64,000 nucleotides of DNA from a virus (IMGVR_UViG_3300021399_000117:32001-96000), one strand, 5' to 3'; shown: positions 47,107 through 56,783, numbered from the stretch's first letter. Numbers and translations are program-made. Notes: generated from the sequence alone by a model not told the origin.

Positions 47107-47715
47107 ATGAAAAATTTAAGCGACTGCATTAAAGAATCGATCAACGAAAGTTCTAATAAAATGACAGCCATTTGGTCCCACGAAGATCCGGATACTATAT
47201 ATTTTATCAAAAATATGTCCAGAGACCAATACAAGCGCCTTCGGAATACAGATTGGAACTGGGACGACATTGATGTAAAAGAGCCTATCGCATTCTGCGG
47301 ACACAATGACGAATCAATTCGAATAACTGGCGTTGCTGCATCTAATTTGGTTGGTCTCAAAAAATTGATCTCCAAAGACATCGCACAAAACATTCAGGAG
47401 ATGATCGATGCTGGAGAAGTGTACGATGAAGTTATATTCTATTCACTGGACGAGGACGAATGGAGCCTCAAAGATTTTCGCGATGCTAAAGAGGTTGAAG
47501 ATCTTAAGAAGATCAACCCAGATCGTGCTGCTGAAAAATGGTTGAAAGGCCTAGAAGACACCGAGGTGGACGGAGATAGTTCACGCGCATACTATTTTGT
47601 AGATCTCAGAAAAGGTGAACAGATCGCTGGTAGCGAACATATAAGTGTTGTGTTTGCTGACCTTGAAGAAGATGAAGATATACGTCATAGCATCCTTGGG
47701 TATGACGAAGACTAA
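47107..47715 (+). CDS. Acidic hypothetical protein with MKNLSDCIKESINE leader
   Basis: Leader motif; TTATTGT variant upstream. Confidence 0.7.
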   Translation: MKNLSDCIKESINESSNKMTAIWSHEDPDTIYFIKNMSRDQYKRLRNTDWNWDDIDVKEPIAFCGHNDESIRITGVAASNLVGLKKLISKDIAQNIQEMIDAGEVYDEVIFYSLDEDEWSLKDFRDAKEVEDLKKINPDRAAEKWLKGLEDTEVDGDSSRAYYFVDLRKGEQIAGSEHISVVFADLEEDEDIRHSILGYDED

Positions 47716-47770
47716 TAAAAGTGAAACAGCATGATGATGTAAAATTCTTTCATAACTTTTTTCCTTTCGC

Positions 47771-47808
47771 AAAGACATCGGTTCGTGAGAATAGGTGTCT
47801 TTTTTTTT
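47771..47808 (+). terminator. Intrinsic terminator
   Basis: AAAGACATCGGTTC-gtga-GAATAGGTGTCTTTTTTTT. Confidence 0.65.
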
Positions 47809-47862
47809 ATGTCGGTCCTAAAATTCAAGAGTCTACTATTATATTATATACACAACAGTTCA

Positions 47863-47927
47863 TCCTGCGATATCGGGGTACGGCCGGACCCCTTGAGTGT
47901 TATAACAGACACGAAGATACGCCAGGA
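47863..47927 (+). ncRNA. Candidate structured 5'-leader RNA (three-way junction)
   Basis: GC-rich island: P1 TCCTGCG.TATC/GATACG.CAGGA, P2 GGGGT/ACCCC, P3 GTGTT/GACAC. Confidence 0.5.
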
Positions 47928-47952
47928 AAGTTAAAAATAAACAAATTGACTT

Positions 47953-48714
47953 ATGACAAATGAAAACATGACGGCTATCGCTGTCAACAAATCACTCTTG
48001 AAAGAGTATTTTTCTAATGGTGTTCGTACTGTATTCATGGACGATTGCACCGAGTTTCAAATCAAGCTTTTCAATCCCCTTACTACCAGAGTATCAGCCC
48101 GAATCGAAATTGATGGTGAGTCTTTAGGCAACGAACTTATCCTGCGTCCTGGTGAGACTGTATGGTTGGAGCGTTATTTCGACAAACCCAACAAGTTTAG
48201 ATTCGAGACGTACACTGTCGAATCAGGCTCGGTCGCAGTAGAACGTGCTATTCGTAATAATGGCGTGATCACCATATCCTTCCACAAGGAAAGACCGGGT
48301 CAACAGCCGATTCAGATCCCGACGTACAAAGGCATAGAGCCTATGTACAGTAAGTGTTTCAAAAGTGTTCCGATTGAGCTCAATACCTTGTCTAGTAGTT
48401 ACAACGTCAGCCCAATAGAGGCAGACTATAGTGTCGCAACTATGGATAGTTGTACGATGAGTACTTCCACAAACACTCAGCCTATCACGAAAGAAACAGG
48501 ACGGGTATCAGAGGGCTCGTATTCTTCACAACAGTTCCAAACGGTTAATATGGATACCGAGATTGTTCCATTCAACATAGAAACAATCAAGATCCTACCT
48601 CGTTCACAAAAACCTTATACCAAAAACGACCTGGAGAAGGTTTACTGTACCAACTGTGGACGTAAGATTAAGCCTAAATTCAAGTACTGTCCGTTCTGTG
48701 GTGCAAAGCAATAA
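47953..48714 (+). CDS. Hypothetical protein with C-terminal zinc ribbon
   Basis: YCTNCG...YCPFCG; beta-rich N-terminal domain. Confidence 0.75.
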   Translation: MTNENMTAIAVNKSLLKEYFSNGVRTVFMDDCTEFQIKLFNPLTTRVSARIEIDGESLGNELILRPGETVWLERYFDKPNKFRFETYTVESGSVAVERAIRNNGVITISFHKERPGQQPIQIPTYKGIEPMYSKCFKSVPIELNTLSSSYNVSPIEADYSVATMDSCTMSTSTNTQPITKETGRVSEGSYSSQQFQTVNMDTEIVPFNIETIKILPRSQKPYTKNDLEKVYCTNCGRKIKPKFKYCPFCGAKQ

Positions 48715-48721
48715 AAAAATC

Positions 48722-48785
48722 AGAGGAGATCACTAACGAAGTCTTGAAAAACATCGGGATTTCATTAAAGATTTCCTCTTTTTTC
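48722..48785 (+). repeat. AGAGGAGATC/GATTTCCTCT hairpin carrying one 31-nt module (core 48737-48764)
   Basis: Direct comparison with the empty forms at 39339 and 53161. Confidence 0.85.
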
Positions 48786-48817
48786 TTATATATATCTATA
48801 CAAACACATTTACAACT

Positions 48818-49009
48818 ATGACAAAATTAAGACCAATGACTGTAACAGAGCTCTATGAGTTCGCAAAAGAGCACGGTTTCGAAGATGCGCAGATCTGGTT
48901 CCCATCAGGTACCAACGTGTTTTCCAGTACGAGCGATGCACGATTTGAAGTTCGGGCACGTATGGATGAGGATGACGAAACACCGAAACGAATCTACCTC
49001 TTGGGGTGA
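48818..49009 (+). CDS. Small hypothetical protein
   Basis: First ATG after the hairpin/TATATAT element. Confidence 0.6.
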   Translation: MTKLRPMTVTELYEFAKEHGFEDAQIWFPSGTNVFSSTSDARFEVRARMDEDDETPKRIYLLG

Positions 49010-49148
49010 CGAAGAACAGAAACAGATGGAGGACTTAAACTTCATCAAGAAGCTGATTTATGAAATCACTTCTATAAAAAAACACGACATGGATAAGGTC
49101 GGTCAGAGTTCCCGCGGATTGGGCCTGTTTCAAGTCTGACGTGCATAT

Positions 49149-49601
49149 ATGAAAGTTGTAAAACCACCTATCAAAAAAGTGTCTAAGGACCCTCTATATG
49201 AAGTAGAGTGTCCTGTCACCGTAGTCCCAGTACTCCAAGGATGCGGCGCCGTGCTGCAGTTCCATAAAAGTGAAATTCAACACATAAATGATCAGCGGGA
49301 CGGAGATGCTGATTATATCGTTTGCCCATGCTGTGGTCGTACTATATGGGATTCACCTGCTAGTCGATTTCGTAAAGTAGAAGAATCGGAAGAAGCCCAC
49401 GAAGAACCTGAAGTAGAACATCCGAACTTCTATAAAGGAGATCTAGTAAAGATAATCGGCTCCTTCATGTCTCAAGGTAAGATTGGTTACATCACCCATA
49501 TCAGTATGTGTGAAAATACATACTTTTTCGAAATCGCAGACAAAGATGATACGTCTGTGGTATATCGAGTCTGGGGAGATGATGCTATCACCAAAATATA
49601 A
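49149..49601 (+). CDS. Hypothetical protein (zinc ribbon plus KOW-like motif)
   Basis: CP..GCGA, CPCCG, FYKGDLVKIIG...GKIGYI. Confidence 0.6.
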   Translation: MKVVKPPIKKVSKDPLYEVECPVTVVPVLQGCGAVLQFHKSEIQHINDQRDGDADYIVCPCCGRTIWDSPASRFRKVEESEEAHEEPEVEHPNFYKGDLVKIIGSFMSQGKIGYITHISMCENTYFFEIADKDDTSVVYRVWGDDAITKI

Positions 49602-49633
49602 ATCATAGCCACTTCCTGTTTATTATTTATATC

Positions 49634-50701
49634 ATGAAACAATTATCCACATATCTAATGGAGCACGTCGCACCTATCTTTGAGGGTGGTGCCGGAGGTC
49701 ATATGCTCCATCCATATCTCCTCAACTGGGTGAAGTCTGGTAAGGACCTCATCAAGTTCTATGAGTCGGTTGCCAAGAATATGGAGAACTTGAACGCCAG
49801 CATGAAGATTGATGGTGTCAATGTATCTATCCGTATGGTAGACGGTGAGTTCGTTTTCGACCGCATGTCTCCAAAGGACATCGAAGGTATTAAGAAAGAC
49901 CAACTCGCTGATCGATTTGGTGCAGGACATGGTCTTGTTAAGATGGGTGGTCTCGTACTCGATATATTCAACTCATGTATTGATTCATGTAAGTCCGAAC
50001 TCAAACAGTTAGGTCTGTTAGATGACGAGACTATATTATTCAATATAGAGTATGTCGACAAAAACACCAACCTCATCTCCTACAGTAACAGCTTCCTAGC
50101 CATTCATGGCTTGCTCAAGTTCGAAGTGAACGGCAAAAACCGCACCACTCACGAAGTAAACTATGACCAGAAGACATTGGATAATCTCATCGAAAAGCTC
50201 AACAAAGCATCAGCTAAATACGGCTTCGATGTAGTAGGCTCAGTTGGTATCGAAATCAAGCGTAAACCTGATCTCAATAAGGTGCTCAAGGAGTCACTCA
50301 CTATCAACGCATTTGGTGAGCCTGGTAGCAAAACAATCGAAGAGTGGTTGAATGACATCAACGAGTTCGATGTGACCAAATATGCTACTACGTTCAGCCT
50401 CGGTCGCATCAGTGTCATCTCACATAAAGCATACGTTGCTTGCACCAACGTTGATGTACCTCTCAACAGTGTATTCAAGAAGGAACAAGACATACCTAAC
50501 ATCATCAACAGCTTCATCATCTACGAAGCCAACAGACGTTTCGGTGACGAGATACTTAGTTGTATAGACAGCAAGATTGGTGCAGGTAATGATAATGAAG
50601 GTATCGTTGTTCGTAACAAGTCAATCACCAAGACAGATGCTCCAGTCAAGATTACCGGTAGCTTCTCTATCAATATAGCAAATTCACGTTTCGCAAAATG
50701 A
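49634..50701 (+). CDS. Leader-bearing protein with ligase-like KxDG motif
   Basis: MKQLSTYLME..IFEGGAGGHMLHP; SMKIDGVN, NIEY, NEGIVV and PVKITG resemble covalent nucleotidyltransferase motifs I, III, IV and V. Confidence 0.55.
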   Translation: MKQLSTYLMEHVAPIFEGGAGGHMLHPYLLNWVKSGKDLIKFYESVAKNMENLNASMKIDGVNVSIRMVDGEFVFDRMSPKDIEGIKKDQLADRFGAGHGLVKMGGLVLDIFNSCIDSCKSELKQLGLLDDETILFNIEYVDKNTNLISYSNSFLAIHGLLKFEVNGKNRTTHEVNYDQKTLDNLIEKLNKASAKYGFDVVGSVGIEIKRKPDLNKVLKESLTINAFGEPGSKTIEEWLNDINEFDVTKYATTFSLGRISVISHKAYVACTNVDVPLNSVFKKEQDIPNIINSFIIYEANRRFGDEILSCIDSKIGAGNDNEGIVVRNKSITKTDAPVKITGSFSINIANSRFAK

Positions 50702-51543
50702 AAAGTCTATATCAATTCATACTCGAAGGGGGTCATGCAGTAACAGCATCACCAATCCCAGCAGAGATGTCCATGCCTATCTATAAGGAGATCGAGGCAA
50801 AGCTCTTGGAGACAGCACATACACTCCAAGGTCACATTGCTGTTCTAGGTTCAGTAGGCAAAAAGAAGAAAGGTGATTACAATGGGGATATCGATGTTGC
50901 TATCGAGTTCAACCGTCACCAATTCGAGGAGATACTTAAGAAGACCTTCCCGGATGCTGAATACGCGAAGGCTTCTATGCCGAATATCGTTTCTATCAAC
51001 TACCCATACGATTACAAAGGTCGCACATCATATGCTCAGGTAGACTTTATGATAGTGGATGACTTGGAGTGGGCACTATTCGTATATAACTCTCCAGACT
51101 TCACAATCGATGAGTCACACTACAAGGCCGCTATCCGCAACCATCTGTTGAGTATAATGATATCCGAGGTGCCTACAGGTGAGGCAGATCAGGTCAACGA
51201 TAAGGGCGAGGTAGAGACCCGTTGGAAACACTCACTGAACTTCGCATTCGGTGTGACCAAGCAGTTCCTCGATTACAGAGGACGTAATGGTTTGCTCAAG
51301 AACCCGAAGAAAGTCAAGGAGTTCGAGCAGGTAGTAACCAAGAACAAAAAGGAGTTCATCGAACTGCTATTTGATGGTGGTAAGGATGAGGACTTCAAGA
51401 GTCTCGAGACCCTTTGGAAGGCACTTCATACCAAATACAAATACCAGGATCGTATAGGTACTATCGAAGACCGCTTCTACGTTGAAGTACTCGAACGTAA
51501 CGGTCTCGATCGCGATGAGTTCCTAAAATATATCAATCAGTAA
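50698..51543 (+). CDS. Leader-bearing Pol-beta-superfamily nucleotidyltransferase
   Basis: MKSLYQFILEGG; LGSVG....GDIDVAI and QVDFM catalytic pattern. Confidence 0.7.
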   Translation: MKSLYQFILEGGHAVTASPIPAEMSMPIYKEIEAKLLETAHTLQGHIAVLGSVGKKKKGDYNGDIDVAIEFNRHQFEEILKKTFPDAEYAKASMPNIVSINYPYDYKGRTSYAQVDFMIVDDLEWALFVYNSPDFTIDESHYKAAIRNHLLSIMISEVPTGEADQVNDKGEVETRWKHSLNFAFGVTKQFLDYRGRNGLLKNPKKVKEFEQVVTKNKKEFIELLFDGGKDEDFKSLETLWKALHTKYKYQDRIGTIEDRFYVEVLERNGLDRDEFLKYINQ

Positions 51544-53090
51544 TGCAAAGTCTATCAAACTACTTAATAGAAAATCTGCATCCTATATTCGAGCGCGGAC
51601 GTAGCAATGCTTCCAAAGAGACCATGATTCAGGAGCTGATGACCTGCGTGTTCTTCGATGCATACTTCAATCAGAATGAGAACTTCTCGAAGGTTGAGGA
51701 TATCATCGAATACTACAACAAGGTCAAGGATTCTGTGATAACCAAACTCTGTGTGAGTGGTCTCAAGATTAAGGACTTCGATGAGTTCTTATTGGAGACA
51801 GAGCTAAAGGGTCGTGGTAATAATAAGGAAGAGCGCTATACCAAGAAGGCGTTGGATTGGCAAAAGTCATTCCTATATCAATGCGAATCCTTTGATAACT
51901 GGTTGAAGGACCACAAATCATTCCCAGCAAAGAACCTGGTATTCCTCCATCACGACACTTCACTAGGTGTACGTAATGGTCAAGTATCTTCGGGATGGTC
52001 ACTAGCGGATCGTGTTGATAAGGGTGTGTCAAAGGCAGGTTATTCACGCAAAGACGATTACCAAAAGGCTGACATTTATGCACTCACTCAAAATGTTGCA
52101 GATAAACCTATGGATGATCTTGCTCAGGAATTGTTATACTGGCAACAGGCTATCGATGGTTCAACAACTCCGTTTGTAGGCATATCACTAAAACAATTGA
52201 TAAAGCCATTATCACATATCCACACCTATAATATGGATAAACTATCCATTTCGATAGACGAAAAAACTATCAAATTATACCTTCCTGTATTTGATGGTGT
52301 GCAGTTTACGAAGATCGATCAACCACTCAAGACGGGTGGCACATCTGCCAAATTTTCATTTGACGCTACCCTGGGTGACGATACTATGAATTTTATATTG
52401 GATATTCGAACAGCATCATCCAGTGCAAGAAGTCGATTGTTCAATAGTGAAAAGAAAGATAACAAAAACGCTTACGACTGCTTCAATGTCACTGTTGGAA
52501 CTCAGTTGAATTCAGCCAAAGTCGGTGGTCAATTAGGTCGAGCACAAGACTTGCTGCAAAAATGGGCGAAAGAAACACACACCGAATATACTGGGGCCGT
52601 CAAATACAATCGTACAGCCAAAGAAAGTGTGTGGGCTGACGCAATGACATTCAATAAGCGCTTGCAAGACATTACCGCGCCTATGATGAAGTACCACATC
52701 AATGGTGATGTACCTAAAATATCTGGTGGTGCAGCTGCGTTGATTGATTGGGTGGCAGTCAATGCTGATGTGATTTTCGATATGTTCACTGATTACAACA
52801 ATGCTGAAGGTAAAACAAGTGCACGAGGTTGGAATGAGGTATTGATTCCATATGGGGAGAAATTAGGGTTTGATATAAACGAATCCAATTACGAAGAGAT
52901 ACTCATTAACATATTTGAAGCGGTCAAATGGAAATCTGCATCATGGAATATATTGTCCATATTGCGAGTGCTGTTTGCCAAGATGAAAAATGCTGATGCA
53001 TCAACCGTATTAAGTCAGATAGCTATGTTTGCCAAAGGCATCAGTTTCGATTCTGACAAAGTCCATCTACCTTATGTGATGATAGGATAA
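51543..53090 (+). CDS. Leader-bearing PD-(D/E)xK-like nuclease (putative)
   Basis: MQSLSNYLIE; QELMT...KADIY...GISLKQ restriction-endonuclease-like pattern. Confidence 0.5.
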   Translation: MQSLSNYLIENLHPIFERGRSNASKETMIQELMTCVFFDAYFNQNENFSKVEDIIEYYNKVKDSVITKLCVSGLKIKDFDEFLLETELKGRGNNKEERYTKKALDWQKSFLYQCESFDNWLKDHKSFPAKNLVFLHHDTSLGVRNGQVSSGWSLADRVDKGVSKAGYSRKDDYQKADIYALTQNVADKPMDDLAQELLYWQQAIDGSTTPFVGISLKQLIKPLSHIHTYNMDKLSISIDEKTIKLYLPVFDGVQFTKIDQPLKTGGTSAKFSFDATLGDDTMNFILDIRTASSSARSRLFNSEKKDNKNAYDCFNVTVGTQLNSAKVGGQLGRAQDLLQKWAKETHTEYTGAVKYNRTAKESVWADAMTFNKRLQDITAPMMKYHINGDVPKISGGAAALIDWVAVNADVIFDMFTDYNNAEGKTSARGWNEVLIPYGEKLGFDINESNYEEILINIFEAVKWKSASWNILSILRVLFAKMKNADASTVLSQIAMFAKGISFDSDKVHLPYVMIG

Positions 53091-53160
53091 CATAGGTAAA
53101 GATAGAAACGGAAAAGTGGTGTGTTTCGATTGGTTCAATCCATATTACTTCTAAAAAATC

Positions 53161-53193
53161 AGAGGAAATCACTAAAAGATTTCCTCTTTTTTC
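53161..53193 (+). repeat. Empty form of the AGAGGAAATC/GATTTCCTCT hairpin
   Basis: Loop ACTAAAA; T-run and TATATAT follow. Confidence 0.85.
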
Positions 53194-53224
53194 TTATATA
53201 TATACAACACAGAAATTAAAGTAT

Positions 53225-54277
53225 ATGTCAATACTGGATTTAGACAACGAGCAAACATTAGACATCAGTACACAACGATTAGGAATCAATGCTGATTCGA
53301 ATGCACGCCAAGGTGAACTGTTTGACACATATACATGTACAGCACTCCGTAATAGTCCTGTGTCTTATCATCGCGAACATATTTCCGATTATTTATTGAC
53401 AATAGATGAGAACGGGACTTTAACAACCATCGACACAATCCATATCAAAGATGACAAGCCTAGTTTGTATCCATTATTTGAAAACGGCGTCATCAATCGT
53501 ATCCAAGCGCCATATTTTGAGGTTGAACATGTTACACACCTATCTAATAAACATGTAGGCAGTGGAGTTATCTGTGGGGAATTTTTAGGAATGGGCCTGG
53601 ATACCGTATCTGGTGTACACATCGATATATATCACACGTTTGATGGCACGATGGTATATCATAATGACCCAGTCAATAGGAAGAAAATATACAATGGTGT
53701 CACATTCCAATACGCGGATCGTTTGGGTGATAGCATAAAGTTCGAAGACACGGAAATAAATTTCGATCCTATGGTGGAGTACGACAAACGATTCATTAGA
53801 TTTTCGTGTCACAGTCAACAACCCAGTAGTCTGAAGGGTCTTCGTTCCAATTGCAAAAAGATTATAATATATACACTGGATGATTTTCCTAGTGAACTCT
53901 GGAGTCTCTTTGAACCACATGATTGTCTGATATTGGATCAGGATAAAGGTCATTCAGTATCTATCCCTATCAAGACTATGAAGAAGGCTATCGCGATTGC
54001 TAATAATCCTAAACGATATTGCTTGCGCGAACATATTCTTAAATTGAAACCGGGTGCATGCCTGGCAGATATTCTACCCGTTGAGAACTTTCCCGAACTG
54101 GAATGGTTCATTGTCGAAAACAACAACGTGCGACTTACATTTGTGAACTCGGCATTCAAAGAAAACTTCGAAGTCAACTGCGCACGTGTTCCTCCTGAGA
54201 AGTCAATGGGTCCCGCACGTTGGTGCTATCCTAAAACTGCAGATGGTTGGTACGTGGTTATGTCAAATAAATTATAA
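53225..54277 (+). CDS. Hypothetical protein starting MSILDLD
   Basis: 350 aa ORF; C-terminus KTADGW resembles KTPKGW of 4439-5749. Confidence 0.7.
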   Translation: MSILDLDNEQTLDISTQRLGINADSNARQGELFDTYTCTALRNSPVSYHREHISDYLLTIDENGTLTTIDTIHIKDDKPSLYPLFENGVINRIQAPYFEVEHVTHLSNKHVGSGVICGEFLGMGLDTVSGVHIDIYHTFDGTMVYHNDPVNRKKIYNGVTFQYADRLGDSIKFEDTEINFDPMVEYDKRFIRFSCHSQQPSSLKGLRSNCKKIIIYTLDDFPSELWSLFEPHDCLILDQDKGHSVSIPIKTMKKAIAIANNPKRYCLREHILKLKPGACLADILPVENFPELEWFIVENNNVRLTFVNSAFKENFEVNCARVPPEKSMGPARWCYPKTADGWYVVMSNKL

Positions 54278-54290
54278 ATCGATATAAAGC

Positions 54291-54378
54291 GCGATTATTT
54301 CGAGTATAATAAAAGATCTCCTGGATACCTTATAAAGTATTCAGGAGATGTTTTTGATGCGTTTAAATCAAAGATTTT
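54291..54378. repeat. ~88-bp hairpin-containing element, copy 2 (inverted)
   Basis: Reverse complement matches 5763-5849. Confidence 0.85.
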
Positions 54379-54790
54379 AGGATACGTAGTGTTCGTATGC
54401 ATCCACACATAGTTGCTCTGCTTCGGCATCTTTGCGATCCTCGCGGTAGAATCCTATGCGTAATTCGGGGTTGGCACCTACATCCTCGGATACTTCTATA
54501 TACATACCCAGATTATTGAACATGAGTGTGAAGTATTCTTCAGAAGACAGATCCATGGTAACCTGCGAACGATTCTTTCGATGTATCGATTCAAATTCAT
54601 TTTCGATATCGTAAAACAAGTCTTCAGAATAAACGTAGTTGACACAAACACCATCGTTACGACTTACCTCTTTGACACGACTCTTCTTGACATACTCTTT
54701 GATGGTGTCAATAACCTTATAGAGCAAGTCTTTGTCGTTCATAGAAGCCTCGTTCAAGGATTCGTTTATGCATTCTGTAAGTGATTTCAT
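54377..54790 (-). CDS. Hypothetical protein with MKSLTECINESLNE leader
   Basis: Leader motif. Confidence 0.7.
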   Translation of the reverse strand: MKSLTECINESLNEASMNDKDLLYKVIDTIKEYVKKSRVKEVSRNDGVCVNYVYSEDLFYDIENEFESIHRKNRSQVTMDLSSEEYFTLMFNNLGMYIEVSEDVGANPELRIGFYREDRKDAEAEQLCVDAYEHYVS

Positions 54791-54808
54791 GTTATGATAT
54801 TTATTTAG

Positions 54809-55411
54809 TTATTTAGTAGGAACAGGCTTGAACTCAATTGGGTTAGCCATACGGCAGTAGTACGATCCTAGCACATCAGGGAGGGCTCGAGTCTCAAATC
54901 CTACGAACAAGCAGTTCCAGATTTTGGCTACTCGGATCTTCCAAGCATCGGCATCAGCCTTACGTTGGTCAGAAACGAAATCTGTTCCTTTGCGACGACA
55001 GAAACAATTGTACACCGAACTCAAATAGAAATCCGGTTCAGGATTGTCTTCCAACGAAAGAGTGATCTTGTGAACGTATGTATTGAAACCTGAATAATCA
55101 ATGGTCTCTGTGTACGTACCCCAGCCAGATATAGTATAGGTGATGGTAGAGGTAATGCCACCAGCACCGTTTTGTTTTTCAGTACGGACTTTGTTGCCCC
55201 AGATTAGCTTGAGTGATTCAGGGAAATTACCTGACCAGAATGCCTTGACAGCATCGCGTGCTTTTTCTTTGGTGATGCCTAGTTCGGCTTGACGTGCATC
55301 CAGGCGCTTGAGGAACTTCTTGGTCTCTTCGGTGCGCCAGTCATTACCTTGCACCTCAAAATCAGAGGATAGTTTTTCGGTTATTCGTTTTGCTTCGTTT
55401 ATACTTTGCAT
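54809..55411 (-). CDS. Hypothetical protein with MQSINEA leader
   Basis: INE|A and ITE|K putative cleavage sites. Confidence 0.65.
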   Translation of the reverse strand: MQSINEAKRITEKLSSDFEVQGNDWRTEETKKFLKRLDARQAELGITKEKARDAVKAFWSGNFPESLKLIWGNKVRTEKQNGAGGITSTITYTISGWGTYTETIDYSGFNTYVHKITLSLEDNPEPDFYLSSVYNCFCRRKGTDFVSDQRKADADAWKIRVAKIWNCLFVGFETRALPDVLGSYYCRMANPIEFKPVPTK

Positions 55412-55429
55412 ACACGGAGTTGGTTTTTT

Positions 55430-55969
55430 TTAGAGTAGGTCTTCGAAAGAAGCCATCAGCGCGCGGACATATGTCTTGTATGGACTCTTCAGATTACGGA
55501 TTGCGTCCACAATCTTATCGTACTGTGGTGAATTCATGAGAGCGCGGAACTTCCTTTCCATCTCATCATCCCACATATCTTGTGCTTCTGTCTCGGCGTT
55601 ATCTGCTAGATCATCAGGATCGTCTCCGTTTTCTACTGCAATCTGGAATACCTTCCAAGGGTTCCAAGCATCATCAGGTAGTTTATCACAGAGCTTGCGA
55701 AGAACGTCCTCATCGTGTCCTTCGACAACCAGGCTTTCGTTCAAACATTCTTGTAATGATTTCATAGTATGTCTTTCTATGTTTATTGATTCTTCAAAAT
55801 GTTCCTTGAGACCTTTGGTTTTCGCAAAGTCCTCTAGTTGTTTGTCAGTCATATCGGAATTGACGATTTTCATCACTTCATCATCTACCTCTGACTTGTT
55901 CATATCGCCTTTGCGTACGGCGAGTGCCATAGCGAACAAGGCGCGTTGTGCTTTTGATTTTGCTGGCAT
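55430..55969 (-). CDS. DUF3008-like N-terminal domain fused to a second leader-bearing domain
   Basis: MPAKSKAQ..A.A..KG...MTDKQLEDFAKT; internal MKSLQECLNESLVVEG. Confidence 0.6.
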   Translation of the reverse strand: MPAKSKAQRALFAMALAVRKGDMNKSEVDDEVMKIVNSDMTDKQLEDFAKTKGLKEHFEESINIERHTMKSLQECLNESLVVEGHDEDVLRKLCDKLPDDAWNPWKVFQIAVENGDDPDDLADNAETEAQDMWDDEMERKFRALMNSPQYDKIVDAIRNLKSPYKTYVRALMASFEDLL

Positions 55970-55985
55970 GATATAACTAATTGAT

Positions 55986-56783
55986 TTACAAGGTGTTCGG
56001 CTGGAAGAAGTAGTCACATGCACGATTCCGTTCCGCCCATTCTTTTATTTCATCAAAATCTTTATCTGCTTGGTCCGATAGGTTGCTATAGTTAATAGTT
56101 ACCCCACCTGGCAGTTTGAACTCGAACATACCGTAAATGGTGTTCAGTGCTCGTTTGACAAACACCACTACTAATCTGAAGAAGTAGTAGTTGTTATACA
56201 AGTCCTGAATGCGACAGCGTACCATACAATCAATCAAGATATCTGACCAACCGAGGTCACCCATGATGTTGAGTTTGCTGGAGTACATGTTAAAGCTGTA
56301 CGTCAGTGGTGGGTTGAGCATCTGGTTGAAAGTATCCACTTCGTACATGCTGGCCATAACGTCCGTAAGGGTGTATCCCGCCATACCGGTAGTACCGTTG
56401 AATCCGCCTCCGACTGTACCGGTGCCTCCGAACATACTGTACGTAGAGAGCATCATACGTTCGAGAGAGAAGTCGCCCATGGCACCGTATTTCATGTGTT
56501 CTTGGATTTTGAAACAGCCATGCACCCCCATAATCTGGGGCGGGAGCTGGACCATCTTATTGAGTTTGTTACCGACACAGATATCAGAGTTCTTGATCAC
56601 GTACATACGCTCTTCACAAGCCATGTCTACGTTCTCCCAGAACCACTGAGCCGCCTGAAGAATGTACTCCGGTATGCGCTCTGCAGGCACAGCAAACGGG
56701 AGGGCACAGCTCTGTGTGACCTCTTTCTGTACTCTCAAGATGAACTGATGGTCTATATTATCTTCAAATTCTGGTGTCCACAT
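55986..56783 (-). CDS. Neck protein, T4 gp13-like
   Basis: LPPQIMGV, FKLPGGVTINY motif typical of T4-like neck proteins. Confidence 0.7.
   Translation of the reverse strand: MWTPEFEDNIDHQFILRVQKEVTQSCALPFAVPAERIPEYILQAAQWFWENVDMACEERMYVIKNSDICVGNKLNKMVQLPPQIMGVHGCFKIQEHMKYGAMGDFSLERMMLSTYSMFGGTGTVGGGFNGTTGMAGYTLTDVMASMYEVDTFNQMLNPPLTYSFNMYSSKLNIMGDLGWSDILIDCMVRCRIQDLYNNYYFFRLVVVFVKRALNTIYGMFEFKLPGGVTINYSNLSDQADKDFDEIKEWAERNRACDYFFQPNTL

Noticed and set aside
47863-47927. Hammerhead ribozyme or tRNA
   Set aside because: Junctions UUGA and GAA only partly resemble CUGAUGA and GAAA; there is no cleavage-site linker and no T-loop or cloverleaf
47721-47963. 80-aa GTG-start ORF in the track
   Set aside because: Spans a terminator, a promoter-like tract and the structured leader; no protein-like features
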